From: Glycera tridactyla
Taxonomy: Eukaryota
DNA: 64,000 nucleotides
Assembly: GCA_965644265.1 (NCBI GenBank)
Contig: OZ286472.1
Span: 9,362,001 to 9,426,000 of the forward strand
Reading direction: 5' to 3'
Below the pieces are notes generated by a model. It had not been told where the DNA came from, did not search any database, and saw nothing but the letters and a program-made list of their open reading frames with translations. Made by a program: the position numbers and the translations under genes. Shown here in pieces: positions 37,473 to 50,744 of the stretch. Numbering within the stretch: position 1 is the stretch's first letter; every line of letters begins with the position of its first letter.

Positions 37473-37653
37473 TACAGTTGAACCTGTCTATAAAGACCGC
37501 CTTCGGTCACATCAAAAAGCGGTCTTTATAGGCAGGTGGTCTTTATAGAGAGGTCATTTACTGTTGAAAATACTACCACTGTCGCAGCTCAGGTGGTCTT
37601 TATAGAGAGGTGGTGTTTATAGAGAGGTGGTCTTTAGAGTAGGTTCGACTGTA
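37473..37653. mobile_element. MITE, 181 bp
   Basis: TA-CAGTTGAACCT...AGGTTCGACTG-TA with GGTGGTCTTTATAGAGA sub-repeats. Confidence 0.9.
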
Positions 37654-38818
37654 TAAACATATGAATTTGCTACAAATGCTTGGTGAAATAGATGTTTCAC
37701 ATATGGGGTTCACCGAATTATAGCCAAATCCATGAAATCCGTACATATGGGACATTGGATTGATGTCTACTGTATTTGATATTTCCCATGGGAACAATCT
37801 AGTATGTACTAGCTCCACTTCAAGGATGCATCCTGCTGTGATAAAAACACATCATTGTTATTGATGTAGTTTACCATATTCCATATATCGGCACTATCAT
37901 GAGACGTCACTTCTCTGATGGCCAAGTCAGATCGAATGAAGAGGATTTGTGATGCTATCCGAAAATGCTGGATTCAGTTTGAGTGTCTGTAAAATGGTTG
38001 ACAGAGAGGTCACTAGAAGTACTAGACAGGTCCCCTTTTCTTGTGAAATCTGTTTTTATTGTTCAGGACAAATTATGCTAATTTTAGTGAAATTTTCACA
38101 AAATTGGAGATCGTCAGAATGGACCTATATTTCATGATACCCCATTTGATTGTATGAATAACATTCTGGCAAATCAGCCGAGCTCTTGTGCATTTGAACC
38201 TGGATTGCAACAAGCAATCAGATTTATTAGAATGTAAATTTGTACATTCCAGCGGTGTATCATGAAATATAATTCAATTTTGATGCTTTTGGTACTTTGT
38301 AAAAAAGGAATCTTTAGGAACATTCCTTCATTGAATATACCTACCTGTCTTCAGCAATCAAGTTTTGAGGACTTCAGGGTACTTGCTCATTGCAGGTCCA
38401 CTCCAATCCATGAAGACTTCATCTCCATCACAGATAACTATGGTTACCATGGTGATTTCCAACATCACTTGGATCCGACAATGTGAAGTCTGCAACTCTC
38501 TTTTAGGGCCAAATATTTTGCCCTGTATTTCGAAGTAGGTTTCGGTTTTGATTTATCTGAACTGGCGGTGTAGCTTGCAGGTATCGTGAGATGATGGATG
38601 GAATGATGGAAATGAGAGGGTGTGACAGGTTGATGATGAATGTGGTTACCACGGATACTGCTACTGTTGCCGTTGCTACAGCCTCCCTGGATGACATACA
38701 TGACGAGAATCAATGTACGCCTTTCTCCTGCTTCTTCTATTCCACTCTTCATTCAATTATCTTCATTCAAAACATATATTGATTCATGTCTACAACTCAA
38801 ATCACAGAAAGAACATGT

Positions 38819-39021
38819 NNNNNNNNNNNNNNNNNNNNNNNNNNNNNNNNNNNNNNNNNNNNNNNNNNNNNNNNNNNNNNNNNNNNNNNNNNNNNNNNNN
38901 NNNNNNNNNNNNNNNNNNNNNNNNNNNNNNNNNNNNNNNNNNNNNNNNNNNNNNNNNNNNNNNNNNNNNNNNNNNNNNNNNNNNNNNNNNNNNNNNNNNN
39001 NNNNNNNNNNNNNNNNNNNNN
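38819..39021. other. Assembly gap
   Basis: Ns. Confidence 1.
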
Positions 39022-39269
39022 AGCTCTTGCAATGGAAGGTTGTCTATTTCATCTGGACTATGACGCTGATAATACACCATAATATGAAGAAAATACTGGC
39101 CAAGACGGACATTTCGATGGAATTAAACATTTCAATCAAATCCCACATTTTGGATGGGGTATCATTCTTGTTCTGAGTATATATTGAAACAACAAGGCAG
39201 TACCATTATAGATATAGGCTTCCAGTATTAATTTGTAAGACTGTATATACACAGACATCATACCATATG

Positions 39270-39365
39270 GCAACATTGGGTTACTAAGCAATTGCTGGCA
39301 AGAGGGAGCCGCTTCATGTAGCAGGTCCCTCCTTTGGGAACCCAAGCACGGCCTAATGGGCGGTA
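39270..39365 (+). mobile_element. Possible degenerate RTE-clade LINE C-terminal fragment
   Basis: Translates NCWQEGAASCSRSLLWEPKHG, similar to the RTE HCWR...LLWEPKHG motif. Confidence 0.4.
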
Positions 39366-40440
39366 TCACCAGTTTTTGTACAACCAATAATGCTACATAT
39401 ATTTGCATATGATTGCATTTTAACCCATACATCCCTATCTTACCTCCCATCTCTCCAATATTTGACTCAACTAGCATCTTCACTGGCAGCATGAAGCCAG
39501 ACTCAAGGTGGCTCTTTAGATTTTACAGTATGGTAAGAAGAAAATACTTCAGATAAATAGCGCAGGAAGATATCCTTTTCTTGATGTCCTGTCTGTGAGT
39601 CTAAATAAGGTATGTTAAAATATTAACGCAGAGAGAGAGCGGAGGAGGGTGCCTTCTCGTATGGTCTGGAGATGTCATGCCAAGCCCTCGTTCTGTTTTT
39701 TGTTTTTCATCAAAACACCAATATCTGTGCCATATCCGGAATCACTTGTGTAGTAATGAGACGCATGAATATTCTGCCAGACCATTATGTTCTATCTTCA
39801 CCCTCTCTTTCCGAGAAACCCATTCGAGCTCCGGCAAGTCAGGAAACATTGATACACAATACTCATATTATAATGATTACATTTTGAAAATGATGAGCCA
39901 CTGAATGATATTGTGAGGTGCTTCTCTATTGAGAGTCCTCCAATGGTTCAATTTTAGCATATTTTCCAGTTTTAGTAGCTCAATATTCATGGAGAAATCT
40001 CAGCCAAACCTAACAGCAGCCCGCTAAGAAGGCACTTTTATCAGGCACTTCACATGAATTACTATGATCGCCACCAAGGCAAGCCTTCACTTGACCTTTC
40101 CTCTGCATCTTGCATAAGGTCTAGCCTGTTTCCAGTAACCATGAGCGATGAAAATCAGTACCCAATATTGGACCACACAAGACTTCCCTCCGACTGAACA
40201 ACCAGATAAGGACAAAGAATCAAAAACCCAAGAATGCAAGTCAAAATTCATGTAATGAAGAGTATTTTCAATGTTTATATCCTATATTTGCATATCAGAC
40301 AATCGTTTTCATAGGATGGTGGTTGCACATTTGTGGTGAAATATATAAGAAAAACGTTTCTGGCGGCAAAAATCGGTCGTTCAAGAGAGCCAGTCGCCCA
40401 TTAGAGGGTTGCTCATAGCAGGCTTTACCGTAGTATTATC

Positions 40441-40536
40441 AACAGTGAATGACCTCTCTATAAAGACCACCTGCCTGTAAAGACCACTTTTTGATGTGAT
40501 TAATAGTGGTCTTTAAAGACAGGGGTTCAACTGTGG
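40441..40536. mobile_element. Partial MITE
   Basis: ctataaagaccacctgcctgtaaagaccac...gtggtctttaaagacaggggttcaactg. Confidence 0.6.
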
Positions 40537-40579
40537 CTGGTCTGACTGCTACTCAAATTGATGGAAAACAAATAGATAT

Positions 40580-40716
40580 NNNNNNNNNNNNNNNNNNNNN
40601 NNNNNNNNNNNNNNNNNNNNNNNNNNNNNNNNNNNNNNNNNNNNNNNNNNNNNNNNNNNNNNNNNNNNNNNNNNNNNNNNNNNNNNNNNNNNNNNNNNNN
40701 NNNNNNNNNNNNNNNN
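40580..40716. other. Assembly gap
   Basis: Ns. Confidence 1.
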
Positions 40717-40826
40717 GTAGGCAGATCCTGAATATAGCTGACTGAATCTGAGAATTATATTCAAGCTGTCAGCGGCTGTCAGCCATTCCATAATTCGACA
40801 GTAATATGAACTCTAGTCATCTGAGA

Positions 40827-41066
40827 NNNNNNNNNNNNNNNNNNNNNNNNNNNNNNNNNNNNNNNNNNNNNNNNNNNNNNNNNNNNNNNNNNNNNNNNNN
40901 NNNNNNNNNNNNNNNNNNNNNNNNNNNNNNNNNNNNNNNNNNNNNNNNNNNNNNNNNNNNNNNNNNNNNNNNNNNNNNNNNNNNNNNNNNNNNNNNNNNN
41001 NNNNNNNNNNNNNNNNNNNNNNNNNNNNNNNNNNNNNNNNNNNNNNNNNNNNNNNNNNNNNNNNNN
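40827..41066. other. Assembly gap
   Basis: Ns. Confidence 1.
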
Positions 41067-41553
41067 TATATCTATACTGACATGTAACTGAGTGTTTTTT
41101 TTCTATCCCCTCTCCTCCACTCCACCCAGCTGTGAATTGATATACAAGAACTGCGCCAGGTGATCTGTATAATGCTCCAATCTATGCTCCAGTATGCAAA
41201 GAGTATATACATCATAAAAAGAATCAGATATAATCAGAATGACATGGATATATGATAGCGCCAGTTTGCTGACTTATAGAATAAAATACTGACAGTCAGC
41301 TGTGATGCTTATACGAGAAATATTACCATATTTCTGCCTGCCTCTTTTATTGTAGCATCTGTCTTAAGAGAGCCATCATATCTTCGCCTGAAACTCTGCC
41401 CTATTTTATGGCTGCAGCCGTAGTATGGGAGACAAACAAAAACACAAAATATGTTCTGCCGTTTTTCACCATGGCTTCCACTACAGTGTCATCATACTTC
41501 CATGATTTACACTACAATTGTACCAGCATGAAAGGTCAACTATGTACTAGTAC

Positions 41554-41806
41554 TAGTGCTGCGAGGATCATCCGATTATATCGACTATTGCAACAATGAA
41601 AGGTCCGATTCAATTAATCGATCATGCAAATTGACAATCGATTAAGTTATTGTACCTAAATATAGATACAAAGTTATGATCTTGCTGTAAATTTTGGGAA
41701 TTTGAGGTCAGCTTGCAGAGATTGAACACTGATTATTTGATCAATAATCAACAGCTGCCGAGTCCGATTAATCGATCATCGTTTCAACAACTGAGTCCGA
41801 GCACTA
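41554..41806. mobile_element. Possible hAT-type MITE (TAGTGCT...AGCACTA) with repeated CCGATT/AATCGAT motifs
   Basis: 7-bp terminal IR and subterminal motif repeats; no 8-bp TSD seen. Confidence 0.4.
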
Positions 41807-42523
41807 CTATGTTCACAGGTCACCTACACATTAACACAACCTTCAGCAGTGACTACAATAGTTGTTATCAACCATGAAAAGGCAACCTTAAGCACCCACC
41901 TTTTGATGCAAACAAGGGTGGTCTCAGTGGACAGGCCTTGCTTTATCCCGTGGAAATTAAATATCAACATGTGGATAAAATACTAAATCTGTGTCATGAA
42001 GTGAGTGACTATCATGATGTGAATTTGATAGCATAACTAGATTAATAATAAGAATTCAGACCAAAGAATGAAACATACAAGACTACATGTGAAACATCTA
42101 TCAGTTGAAAATTGTGTGTATTTTTCTTTAAGCCACAGTCTAGAACATTTCAGAGTATAGAAACTTGTTATTGAAAGATATTTTTGCTTGACCCGAAAAG
42201 TTTGTATGTTTGCGTGTACGTGTGGCGGCTTCTCAAAGTTGCTGTCAGATGGGTATGTTAGACGGAGGTTGTTTCAGATGAAAAATTTGCTTCAAACATG
42301 CAAGTAACATCAACATATGTCTAGAGATGCCTCATACAGTTTAACCTATATGTGAACAGCACTTCCTATTGGAATTAGAAGAGAATGGAACTTGGGAAGA
42401 CTGGACAGCAAACCTATGACGATTAAGAAATCTTCATCCAAAATTACTACAATTACATTTGAATCAAGAAACCTCGAAATAATTTCAAGTCACAATACCA
42501 TCAGTCATATTATGCTATTTCAC

Positions 42524-42765
42524 TACAGTGAAACCTGCTATAAGAGACTTCTACAAATGTCACCAAAATTCCAATGCGCAAAGTTGAAGGAACTGTCAGA
42601 GTAACAGAAAAGTCATACACTGTAAAAACTATTCATAGGCACAGCTCCTGGTGGTTTTTGTAGGCAGGTGGCACTTGTATAGAGGTGGTCTCTCAAGCCG
42701 TCCTGGAAAGCAGTCTCCTATTACGGGAAGTTTCTCGATGGGGTCTCATTTGTGGCAGATTTCAA
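42524..42765. mobile_element. Composite/nested MITE
   Basis: Left TIR tacagtgaaacctg, an interior segment from a second MITE subfamily (42610-42700), then a degenerate right end. Confidence 0.55.
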
Positions 42766-42890
42766 GATTATGTGTGAATCTATATCTTGCACCACAGTTC
42801 AGAGAATAGATCTCATACAGAATTTGCCATTGTGGTGTGTAGGTGTCTATGTGAGATGCTCATGAAGGCGCTGTTGACAGTGAGAGGAAG

Positions 42891-43010
42891 AGCATCGTCG
42901 TCATCGTCATTTGTTGTAAGTGAAAATGATAGTGTATGTGTGGTTGGGACAGCATCGTCGTCGTTGTCATTTGTTGTAAGTGAAAATGATAGTGTATGTG
43001 TGGTAGGGAC
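42891..43010. repeat. 60-bp tandem duplication
   Basis: agcatcgtcgtc..gtcatttgttgtaagtgaaaatgatagtgtatgtgtggt.gggac twice. Confidence 0.95.
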
Positions 43011-43508
43011 GAATGAATCGCACACAATCATCATGGATAAATAGGCCTAAATTGGCCTCATTGATTCGCTGGGGCAAGATAGAGTAGTGCGTCAGGCTCA
43101 GAGATGACCCGCCGATGGAAGTATGGCCAAGAGAACTCATAGCTCACGGTTTGTGACTTCGCCGCACACATTATGTAAGCACATATAGGAGACCCTCGAC
43201 GCAGCCTCCAGAAACCAACAAATATCCGCGTTTTTCATCACATCCACTGCCTCTCTTGGGTAGGAAACATCCCATCTGAGTGCATTATTAAGTAAATTGT
43301 CTTACCGCATGTCAACATTCTGTATTCATTACTGACAAGGATCAAATTCATGAATAAAAATGGTGAGGGCTAGGCCACATCATTGTGGGGTAGCAGTGAC
43401 AGCGTAGAGTGGAGACACAAGCATATAAAGCTGTTTTGAAATCAAAATCTGAGCACCTTTATGTCTTGTTGAGACTCACAAGAAGCATACATAGACAAAT
43501 ATTCTCCA

Positions 43509-43699
43509 TTTGTTTGCTTGTTTGTTTGTTTGTTTGAGGTTTAACGTCATGTATCAACCCACAGGATTACGTATGCCATGTGTTCCTGGTCAATGAAAGC
43601 TAGATGTTCTCTCACCTGCAGACGTCACTCTTACAAACCCTGAACACAAGATGATGAGTAACCTGAAAGATGGTCAAGTGGAAGTAGCTGACAGTTACA
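43509..43699 (-). mobile_element. SINE-like family A copy with (AAAC)n 3' tail
   Basis: (tttg)n-aggtttaacgtcatgtatcaacccacaggattacgtatgcc... Confidence 0.8.
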
Positions 43700-44052
43700 C
43701 ATTTTTCTCATACTTATGGTTCTTATTGCATCCTGTTTTATCAATCCAATGGGGGATATTTCAGAATTTTTTTTGGGAAATGTGCTCCTCAAACAGTATC
43801 TTTTCAGTTTGGGCCATATGTCTTCCATGGTTTCATCTCTGTTGGGAATGTCTAATACCTAGGTATGCCTTCAGTACACACAACCAGTGGAGATATGCCT
43901 CTAATGGAAGGATAATAGCATTTCTATTAAAAGGTAATGAAAAGCCCATGGAGATATGATGAGAACCAATGGAAAGACGATGACATCTTTTGGACAAATG
44001 ATGGCAATCCGGATATCACATGACTTCAACCCCAACTCATCACAGTAGCCCC

Positions 44053-44092
44053 TCGCTGAGGAAAGAGTCTAGATGGATTCTGAAAGCTTTGA
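44053..44092 (+). ncRNA. Minimal type-I hammerhead-ribozyme-like motif (best-preserved copy)
   Basis: UCG-CUGAGGA-A-AGAGUC-uagaug-GAUUCU-GAA-AGCU-U-UGA: intact core, 6-bp stem II, palindromic AGCU in place of stem III, 3-bp stem I. Confidence 0.55.
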
Positions 44093-44173
44093 CTTTCCCA
44101 ACTAACTGTGAGTACTGAGAACTTCATTTCTACTTAAGATGGCAATCTTATTAATAACAGAAGCAGAAGCAAC

Positions 44174-44358
44174 TACAGTAAAACCTGCTATATAATAGTG
44201 AAATCCTGTCCACAGTGAAATCCTGTCTACAGTGAAAAGAAATATCTTGCCCGAACGTTTTTTTTTCACTATAATTAACCTGTATATAGTGAAATCCTGT
44301 CTACAGTGAAAAGAAAGATCTGGCCTGTGACTTTTCACTATAGACAGGTTTTACTGTA
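44174..44358. mobile_element. MITE of a distinct subfamily, 185 bp
   Basis: TA-CAGTAAAACCTG...CAGGTTTTACTG-TA perfect TIR; internal GTGAAATCCTGTCTACAGTGAAA repeats. Confidence 0.9.
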
Positions 44359-44769
44359 TTGCACAACTGGGAATGAATAGGCCCAGCATCTGTTTGAGTC
44401 AGTTAATAACTTTCTAGGATACTGTTTGATTCCCCCATATCAACTTGCGTTAATGGCTGGATTACCATTTATCAGAATCAGACCGATTCAGACAGCTGAT
44501 CATGATAATTCCCTCAAGATATCCCCCTTAGGCAGTCTCGCCTGAATATGGGGTGCCATTCCATGGATGAATCCATACAAGCTAAATAAGATTTGATATT
44601 CCTAATGGTCCGCTTTAAGGAGAAAACTTGGTTATAGATAACCTAGACAAAATAAGATATTTCCACTGGATAGATTCTAGGAAATACACAATTCTGAATA
44701 TAAGCTTTTGTTTTGCTTCACATAGACATGATCAAAGCATCTTGTGAACATTTTGAATAAATGCTGAGA

Positions 44770-44947
44770 TACAGTCGAGCTTGCCCAAGAGACTACCACT
44801 ATACAAAGGCCACCTGTCAAAGAGGTCACCCTGAGATGTGACCAGGAGAGTACTTGCCATGAATAACCTGTCTACAAAGGCCACTGCTGTACTAAGGCCC
44901 CTTTTTTATGCATCCAGAGGTGGTCTTCGTGAGCAGGCTCAACTCTA
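44770..44947. mobile_element. MITE, 178 bp
   Basis: TA-CAGTCGAGCTTG...CAGGCTCAACTC-TA. Confidence 0.75.
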
Positions 44948-45300
44948 TTCTAGCCCTTAAAAATTTGATGGGAACTATACAACGGAGACTATGTAAAGTG
45001 CATGAAGGCATTAGACAAATGGTGCTGGGACAGTCAACTGGGATCCACAGTGGGTTGTAGAGAGAAGGCCCCTGTACAGTCGTAAGTCAACTAGATGAAG
45101 GACACTATGGCAGCAAATAGTCATTAGCTAGTGTACACTGGCTCATACCAACACCTCATCCAGATCAGGGCAAGACTTTCCGTGTGGGAGGCTGCGATTC
45201 TCACAACTGATCTACCTGATTTCACATAGACAGACGGATGAATGGATGCACAGTCAGATGGATGCACAGCCAGACAGCCAGATGGATGGACGAAAACATG

Positions 45301-45661
45301 NNNNNNNNNNNNNNNNNNNNNNNNNNNNNNNNNNNNNNNNNNNNNNNNNNNNNNNNNNNNNNNNNNNNNNNNNNNNNNNNNNNNNNNNNNNNNNNNNNNN
45401 NNNNNNNNNNNNNNNNNNNNNNNNNNNNNNNNNNNNNNNNNNNNNNNNNNNNNNNNNNNNNNNNNNNNNNNNNNNNNNNNNNNNNNNNNNNNNNNNNNNN
45501 NNNNNNNNNNNNNNNNNNNNNNNNNNNNNNNNNNNNNNNNNNNNNNNNNNNNNNNNNNNNNNNNNNNNNNNNNNNNNNNNNNNNNNNNNNNNNNNNNNNN
45601 NNNNNNNNNNNNNNNNNNNNNNNNNNNNNNNNNNNNNNNNNNNNNNNNNNNNNNNNNNNNN
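45301..45661. other. Assembly gap
   Basis: Ns. Confidence 1.
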
Positions 45662-45926
45662 GCTTTGCTGCTCTGGCCAATCTTCCGCACAAACATATGA
45701 TGAATAATACACTGAAATGTTGAGATATTTCTACTTCAGCATCCTTCATGGATGCTCCTCTTTGGGAGATCCCCAAAGGGATACACACAGTCTATTGAAA
45801 TAGTATGCATTATCCGGCTCTCTAGATTCTCATGATGATTACACAAGCAAGGTGATCTGTAGGGAGAAGTATTCACTATTTTGCACCCTACCAATACCCC
45901 TACCCGAAAGCAAAATGTGTTAAGAA

Positions 45927-46108
45927 TGCAGTGAAACTTGTCTTGGGAGACCCCTCTTTTGGGAGACCACCCTCTAATGGGAGACTGCTATTTATCGGCC
46001 CTTCTCCATTTGACATAGTCAAATATACCTCCAATGAGAGACCACCTGTCTTGAGAGACCACTTTTCGTTGGCATTTGGGGCGGTCTCCCAAGACAGGTT
46101 TCACTGTA
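45927..46108. mobile_element. MITE, 182 bp, inverted near-identical copy of 12907-13088
   Basis: ORF-track peptides of the two copies are nearly identical on opposite strands (LGDPS.GRPPSNGR.LFIG..PFDIVKYTSNER.PVLRDHFSLAFGAVSQDRFHC). Confidence 0.9.
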
Positions 46109-46908
46109 CAATGAGCATGGACCTAATACCCGATATCGTGATGGTGACAGAAGTAGTGAGAGAATACAGGAAGTGACAGGATTCCCAGCAAGCGATTAAT
46201 CATCATGATTTATCGGCGTCGGAGATGGCAAGGTTACAATTGTGAATCGCAGATGACATATTCCTCCACATACCAATTCTCTCTCCATTTACATCCCACC
46301 ATCGACTGGAGCGGAGTTGCCGAGATATATCGTGCAGCTAGTGATTTTCTCGCCAATGCACAACTTGAAGTGTCAAAGAAGCCAGGCACATTTGATGCAT
46401 GGGCATGAGTAGGTGTAAAAATACAAGGGTGTCCGACTGATACCCGACAGTGGACGGGAAATGAGGCCATTTCTCCTCGCGACTATTTGATCGCTGGTCA
46501 ATGTATGCCACTGCATCGTAAGCCCAATGAGACGATTTATCTTGTTTGAATTTTTGCCATCCTCGATGTCAAGTGATTCATGTCTCACTCCACTTTCTCT
46601 TACTGATACTCAAAAGAAGTTTAAACCACGAGCACGAACTCTGATGTCCGTTACCGGCTTCAAGTAACGTTCTCCAGGCCGACTCCTATTGCTACAGTCC
46701 CATGATGCAATTTCTACATTGCAGGTTCTGCATGTTGTCTAATGGGGGCCAAAGATGGTGAATCATCCAGCTTGAGGCTTATGCTGCAGAGTGAATTCAT
46801 TGTATGCATAGAGTATATATTGTGACTTCTATAAAAACTGCCATATGACACACAATTAGATGCAATGAGCATGCATTCATTTGTTAACAAACTACGCACT
46901 TCAGAGTG

Positions 46909-47072
46909 TACATTCTAACCTGTCCTGAGCAGCCACCTCTCCTAAGCAGCCACTTTTGAATTGCTCACTAGAAGTTCCTTCACTATAATTCACCTGCCCT
47001 AAGCAGCCACCTGCCTTAGAAGCCAATTTTCACATTCCCCGGGAGTGGCTGCTCAAAACTGGTTCAACTGTA
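46909..47072. mobile_element. MITE, 164 bp (AGCAGCCAC sub-repeat subfamily)
   Basis: TA-CATTCTAACCTG...CTGGTTCAACTG-TA. Confidence 0.75.
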
Positions 47073-47945
47073 CTACTATGTGCTTTGAAAGTGGCTAGAA
47101 TCCTCCCACATTACATTGTGAAGGAATTTGATTGAAATGCCAGTATACGTGTTAGCTCTCAACTATGCTACAATCAGTATGTTGTTGGTATATCATAATG
47201 ATAAATCTCAGCAATTAACATTCTCTAGGCACTGTCCAAGCTGATACTAAATTCACTTGCTTACAGAGAAACTGCGTGAAAAGGCATCTTATTTCCGTGG
47301 CTCTGGTCAACAAAGACCATTTATGATGGGATCACGTGTGGTGTCTTTAGACAAGTGCATCTGCACTATTCTCAAAGTTTACCTTAACATCTATTTGATC
47401 ACCTGGAAGTAATGAAATGATGCTCACAAATCTACAAATAGCGATTAAAATGTCGAGGTCATTAAGTGGTAGAGAGGCGCTTCTGCCGGTTCAATTACTG
47501 AGCGGGACATATGATGTGTGTGACCGGAATACCAAGTAAGAAATTATCCTAGAAGCTCTTCAGACTTGAATGAGAATGGCGTCTAAACTCGGATTTAGTG
47601 TCTAGAGAAAAATCTCAAGACATTAATATCCCGTGATATTTTACAATAACTCTCTCGCTAGTTGAGCAGTTGAATCTGTTAACAGCATAAAATTGACTAC
47701 ATCTGGAGCAAGATGATGCAAGACTGAGTAAATTAAATTCAGGCTAGTGGAGAAAAATGGAGGCTGGATGGAATTTGATGATAATTCTCTGGAGTCCATC
47801 ATTCTCTGAGACACAAGTACCATCTCATACAGCTGATGCCAGGCGAGGGGATCTCCTTTGGTATTTGATATATAATACCATGATGAACTTGAATACAGTG
47901 CTGGTAAAAAAGTAATTCCACGAAATGGAAACCAACAACGTCAAG

Positions 47946-48106
47946 TACAGTGAAGCCAGCAACAAGAGACGCCTGACAGAAGTCCTCTTTTTCAGGGCAG
48001 CATTACTTTTTGACATAACCAAATATACCTCCGAGAAGAGATCACCTCTTGATAAACTGCTTTTTGGTGTCATTTAGGGTGATCTCTCATCACAGGTTTC
48101 ACTGTA
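47946..48106. mobile_element. MITE, 161 bp
   Basis: TA-CAGTGAAGCC...CAGGTTTCACTG-TA. Confidence 0.85.
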
Positions 48107-48574
48107 TAACAGGAAGGGATGGGAAAGTTCATTCACCATAAATACTGCAACTCTAATCAAATATTGTAGGAAATATTTTGTGTACTTCAGCGATTCCTCC
48201 ATCATTTGATTGATGGATATTTTTTTCATATAAGAGCCACCATTTTCTAACACAATTTACTTCCAATATCAATGTTTTTCAATTGAATAATTTCAAGTGT
48301 ATACAGCCTGGAAAGTTCCCAGAAGCTCCCAAAGATAAAATGTTAGCAATTGGCAACTATCTTTGAGGCTTTGAAGCACATGCATGCACTGATTATGTGC
48401 TGCTCACACTGTTCTGTGTTTGGTTTAAGGCCGATGCCCATCAAGAAAATATTTCTGCATTTATATGTTTTGTTTGCACTATTGCATATTCTGTTTTATA
48501 ATATTGATTGTATGGAACTACCTATAAATAACATCTATTTCAATGATAATATCCAATATCTCCATGACTTGATT

Positions 48575-48970
48575 TCAATGATGAAAATTATGATAGGGCC
48601 TTTCCCTCATTGAGCTCCAGGTGCTTCACATGGGCATGTACGTGAAAAAAAGCAGGAAGACATGAAATTGAGTGGGAGAAAAAGCAATAATGAACAAATA
48701 GGATTTAAATCTGGTCTTGAAGCGTTGAATGTAGGTGCAAGTTTGGTGTCTGAGGGGAATGAGTTGTATAGGGAGGGAGCAGCATCGGCAGAGGCCTGGT
48801 TCCTTAGTTTTTGACGGTGTGTTTTTGGTAAGCTCAGAAGGTGTTTCTTGGAAGAGCAGGGAGAGCAGAAGGGGGTGGACAGGGTTATGGATAATAATGG
48901 ATGATAATGGATGAGAAGGATGGATAGATAATGTTTGAAAGGAAGGCGGGAGGCTGGGCCCGACACAAAC
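48575..48970 (-). mobile_element. L2-clade LINE 3' end (degenerate RT C-terminus + 3' UTR)
   Basis: ORF 48607-49086 contains YLSILLIHYHP...CSSKKHLLSLPKT...ASADAAPSLYNSFPSDTKLAPTFN, matching the L2 RSS..HLL.+P.T...RAFS.AAP.LWNSLP pattern; the tail tgtgaagcacctggagc...aaggccctatcataa resembles the L2 3' end. Confidence 0.75.
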
Positions 48971-50173
48971 TTGGCCTGACAGTTACACATGACCACCCTG
49001 GGAATCAGATGAAGATCTCGCATCCACGGACAGTAATTGAAAAAGCCCCCATGTTTTATACAGAAACCCATGGTAGACACAACCATAAATATACTCTCGT
49101 TGTCATCTGCGAGATGCGGCCTTGAGCATATCGTCTAGGATACCCATTTCCAGCAACCCCATTAAATAGATTTGGTTCTACTGACATATCAAGATTGAGA
49201 AAGCGCATTTAGGCATTGGACAACTCCGTGGTCATACACCATTTTGAGCTGCTGATCTCCTGACCCCTTATAGAACTTTGCTCATGCCCGGCATAGAGGA
49301 GATTCTGGTCTTGCTTCAGAATTTTCCCACCTTCCCCTCATTCTGAAATTTGATCCAACTCCACATTCCTTGTCTACTACTTCATATCAATCATATATCG
49401 ATAACTTTAAAGAGAATGACACATTGAGTGTCTCTAAGTTTCACGAACAATTACTTTCCATCAGAGATGCAGAAGAAGTAGTCTTGAATGGTCCCAACTT
49501 GAACCATACCCATTGCATGGACATCTCAATATAGCTCGGATTGTGCTCAAGTGACATAAGACCCACAATAAACCAGACGAAACAAAATCAAACCTTCTAG
49601 TGTGCATACCCAGGGAAATATGGATTGCCTGATGACGCTAGAGGGGTAGAGGGATTGTAAACTCAGGTCAAGTTAGCAAATATTGTTGCTAAAATGGTCA
49701 TAAACTACTAAAAAATCTAATATGATGACAGTGTTCATATCGTAAACTCATACTGCTATCTATATTACATGTAAGCTGCTTCTTAGTGAAGTCATATATC
49801 CATGATTTATTATCCACCTATTATATCTACTATACCGCTCTCAACTCATGTTGTTTCTTGCTTTCTATGCCCGGACCAACGACTTCACCATCACACCATT
49901 CACCACAAAAGTTGGTAACTTGACTCATCCCGAGTCTTATTAATCTCATAACAAAGTTTCTTATATCATACACCTGAGGATTTTCACCTAGCTACCACCG
50001 ACACTTATGGTGTGGTGGTAAATGATCTGTATGATGCCGAGCTATGAATGATCATGTGTTCACATGCAACCTTAGCCACACCACAACAACTGAGCATCCA
50101 GAGGGAGATACCATACATGGCCGAACCAAATTTTCTCGGATGTGGCAGCAGCATTGGTATGGTCACCAGCACC

Positions 50174-50462
50174 NNNNNNNNNNNNNNNNNNNNNNNNNNN
50201 NNNNNNNNNNNNNNNNNNNNNNNNNNNNNNNNNNNNNNNNNNNNNNNNNNNNNNNNNNNNNNNNNNNNNNNNNNNNNNNNNNNNNNNNNNNNNNNNNNNN
50301 NNNNNNNNNNNNNNNNNNNNNNNNNNNNNNNNNNNNNNNNNNNNNNNNNNNNNNNNNNNNNNNNNNNNNNNNNNNNNNNNNNNNNNNNNNNNNNNNNNNN
50401 NNNNNNNNNNNNNNNNNNNNNNNNNNNNNNNNNNNNNNNNNNNNNNNNNNNNNNNNNNNNNN
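50174..50462. other. Assembly gap
   Basis: Ns. Confidence 1.
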
Positions 50463-50744
50463 AAATTAGATGTTCAGGTTAGAAGGGAGGGTGACAGTTG
50501 GTATCGAGTCGCTGAAGCAAGAAAAAGAGAGTGGTACCACTAACCTCTGTCAAAACCAAATGTGGCAGGTACGTTTTATACGTTAAATTTGTCATTTCCC
50601 TCTTCCGATCCAAGTTTTAATGGCACAAATGTCTTTTATGGATGTTCCTGTGATCTTTGAACCTGGTTTCAGCTAATCTTCGTGTTCTAAAAGAGGATGC
50701 ACCATCATTTCATTGTGTTTCTTCAGATAATCCACCAGCATTAT

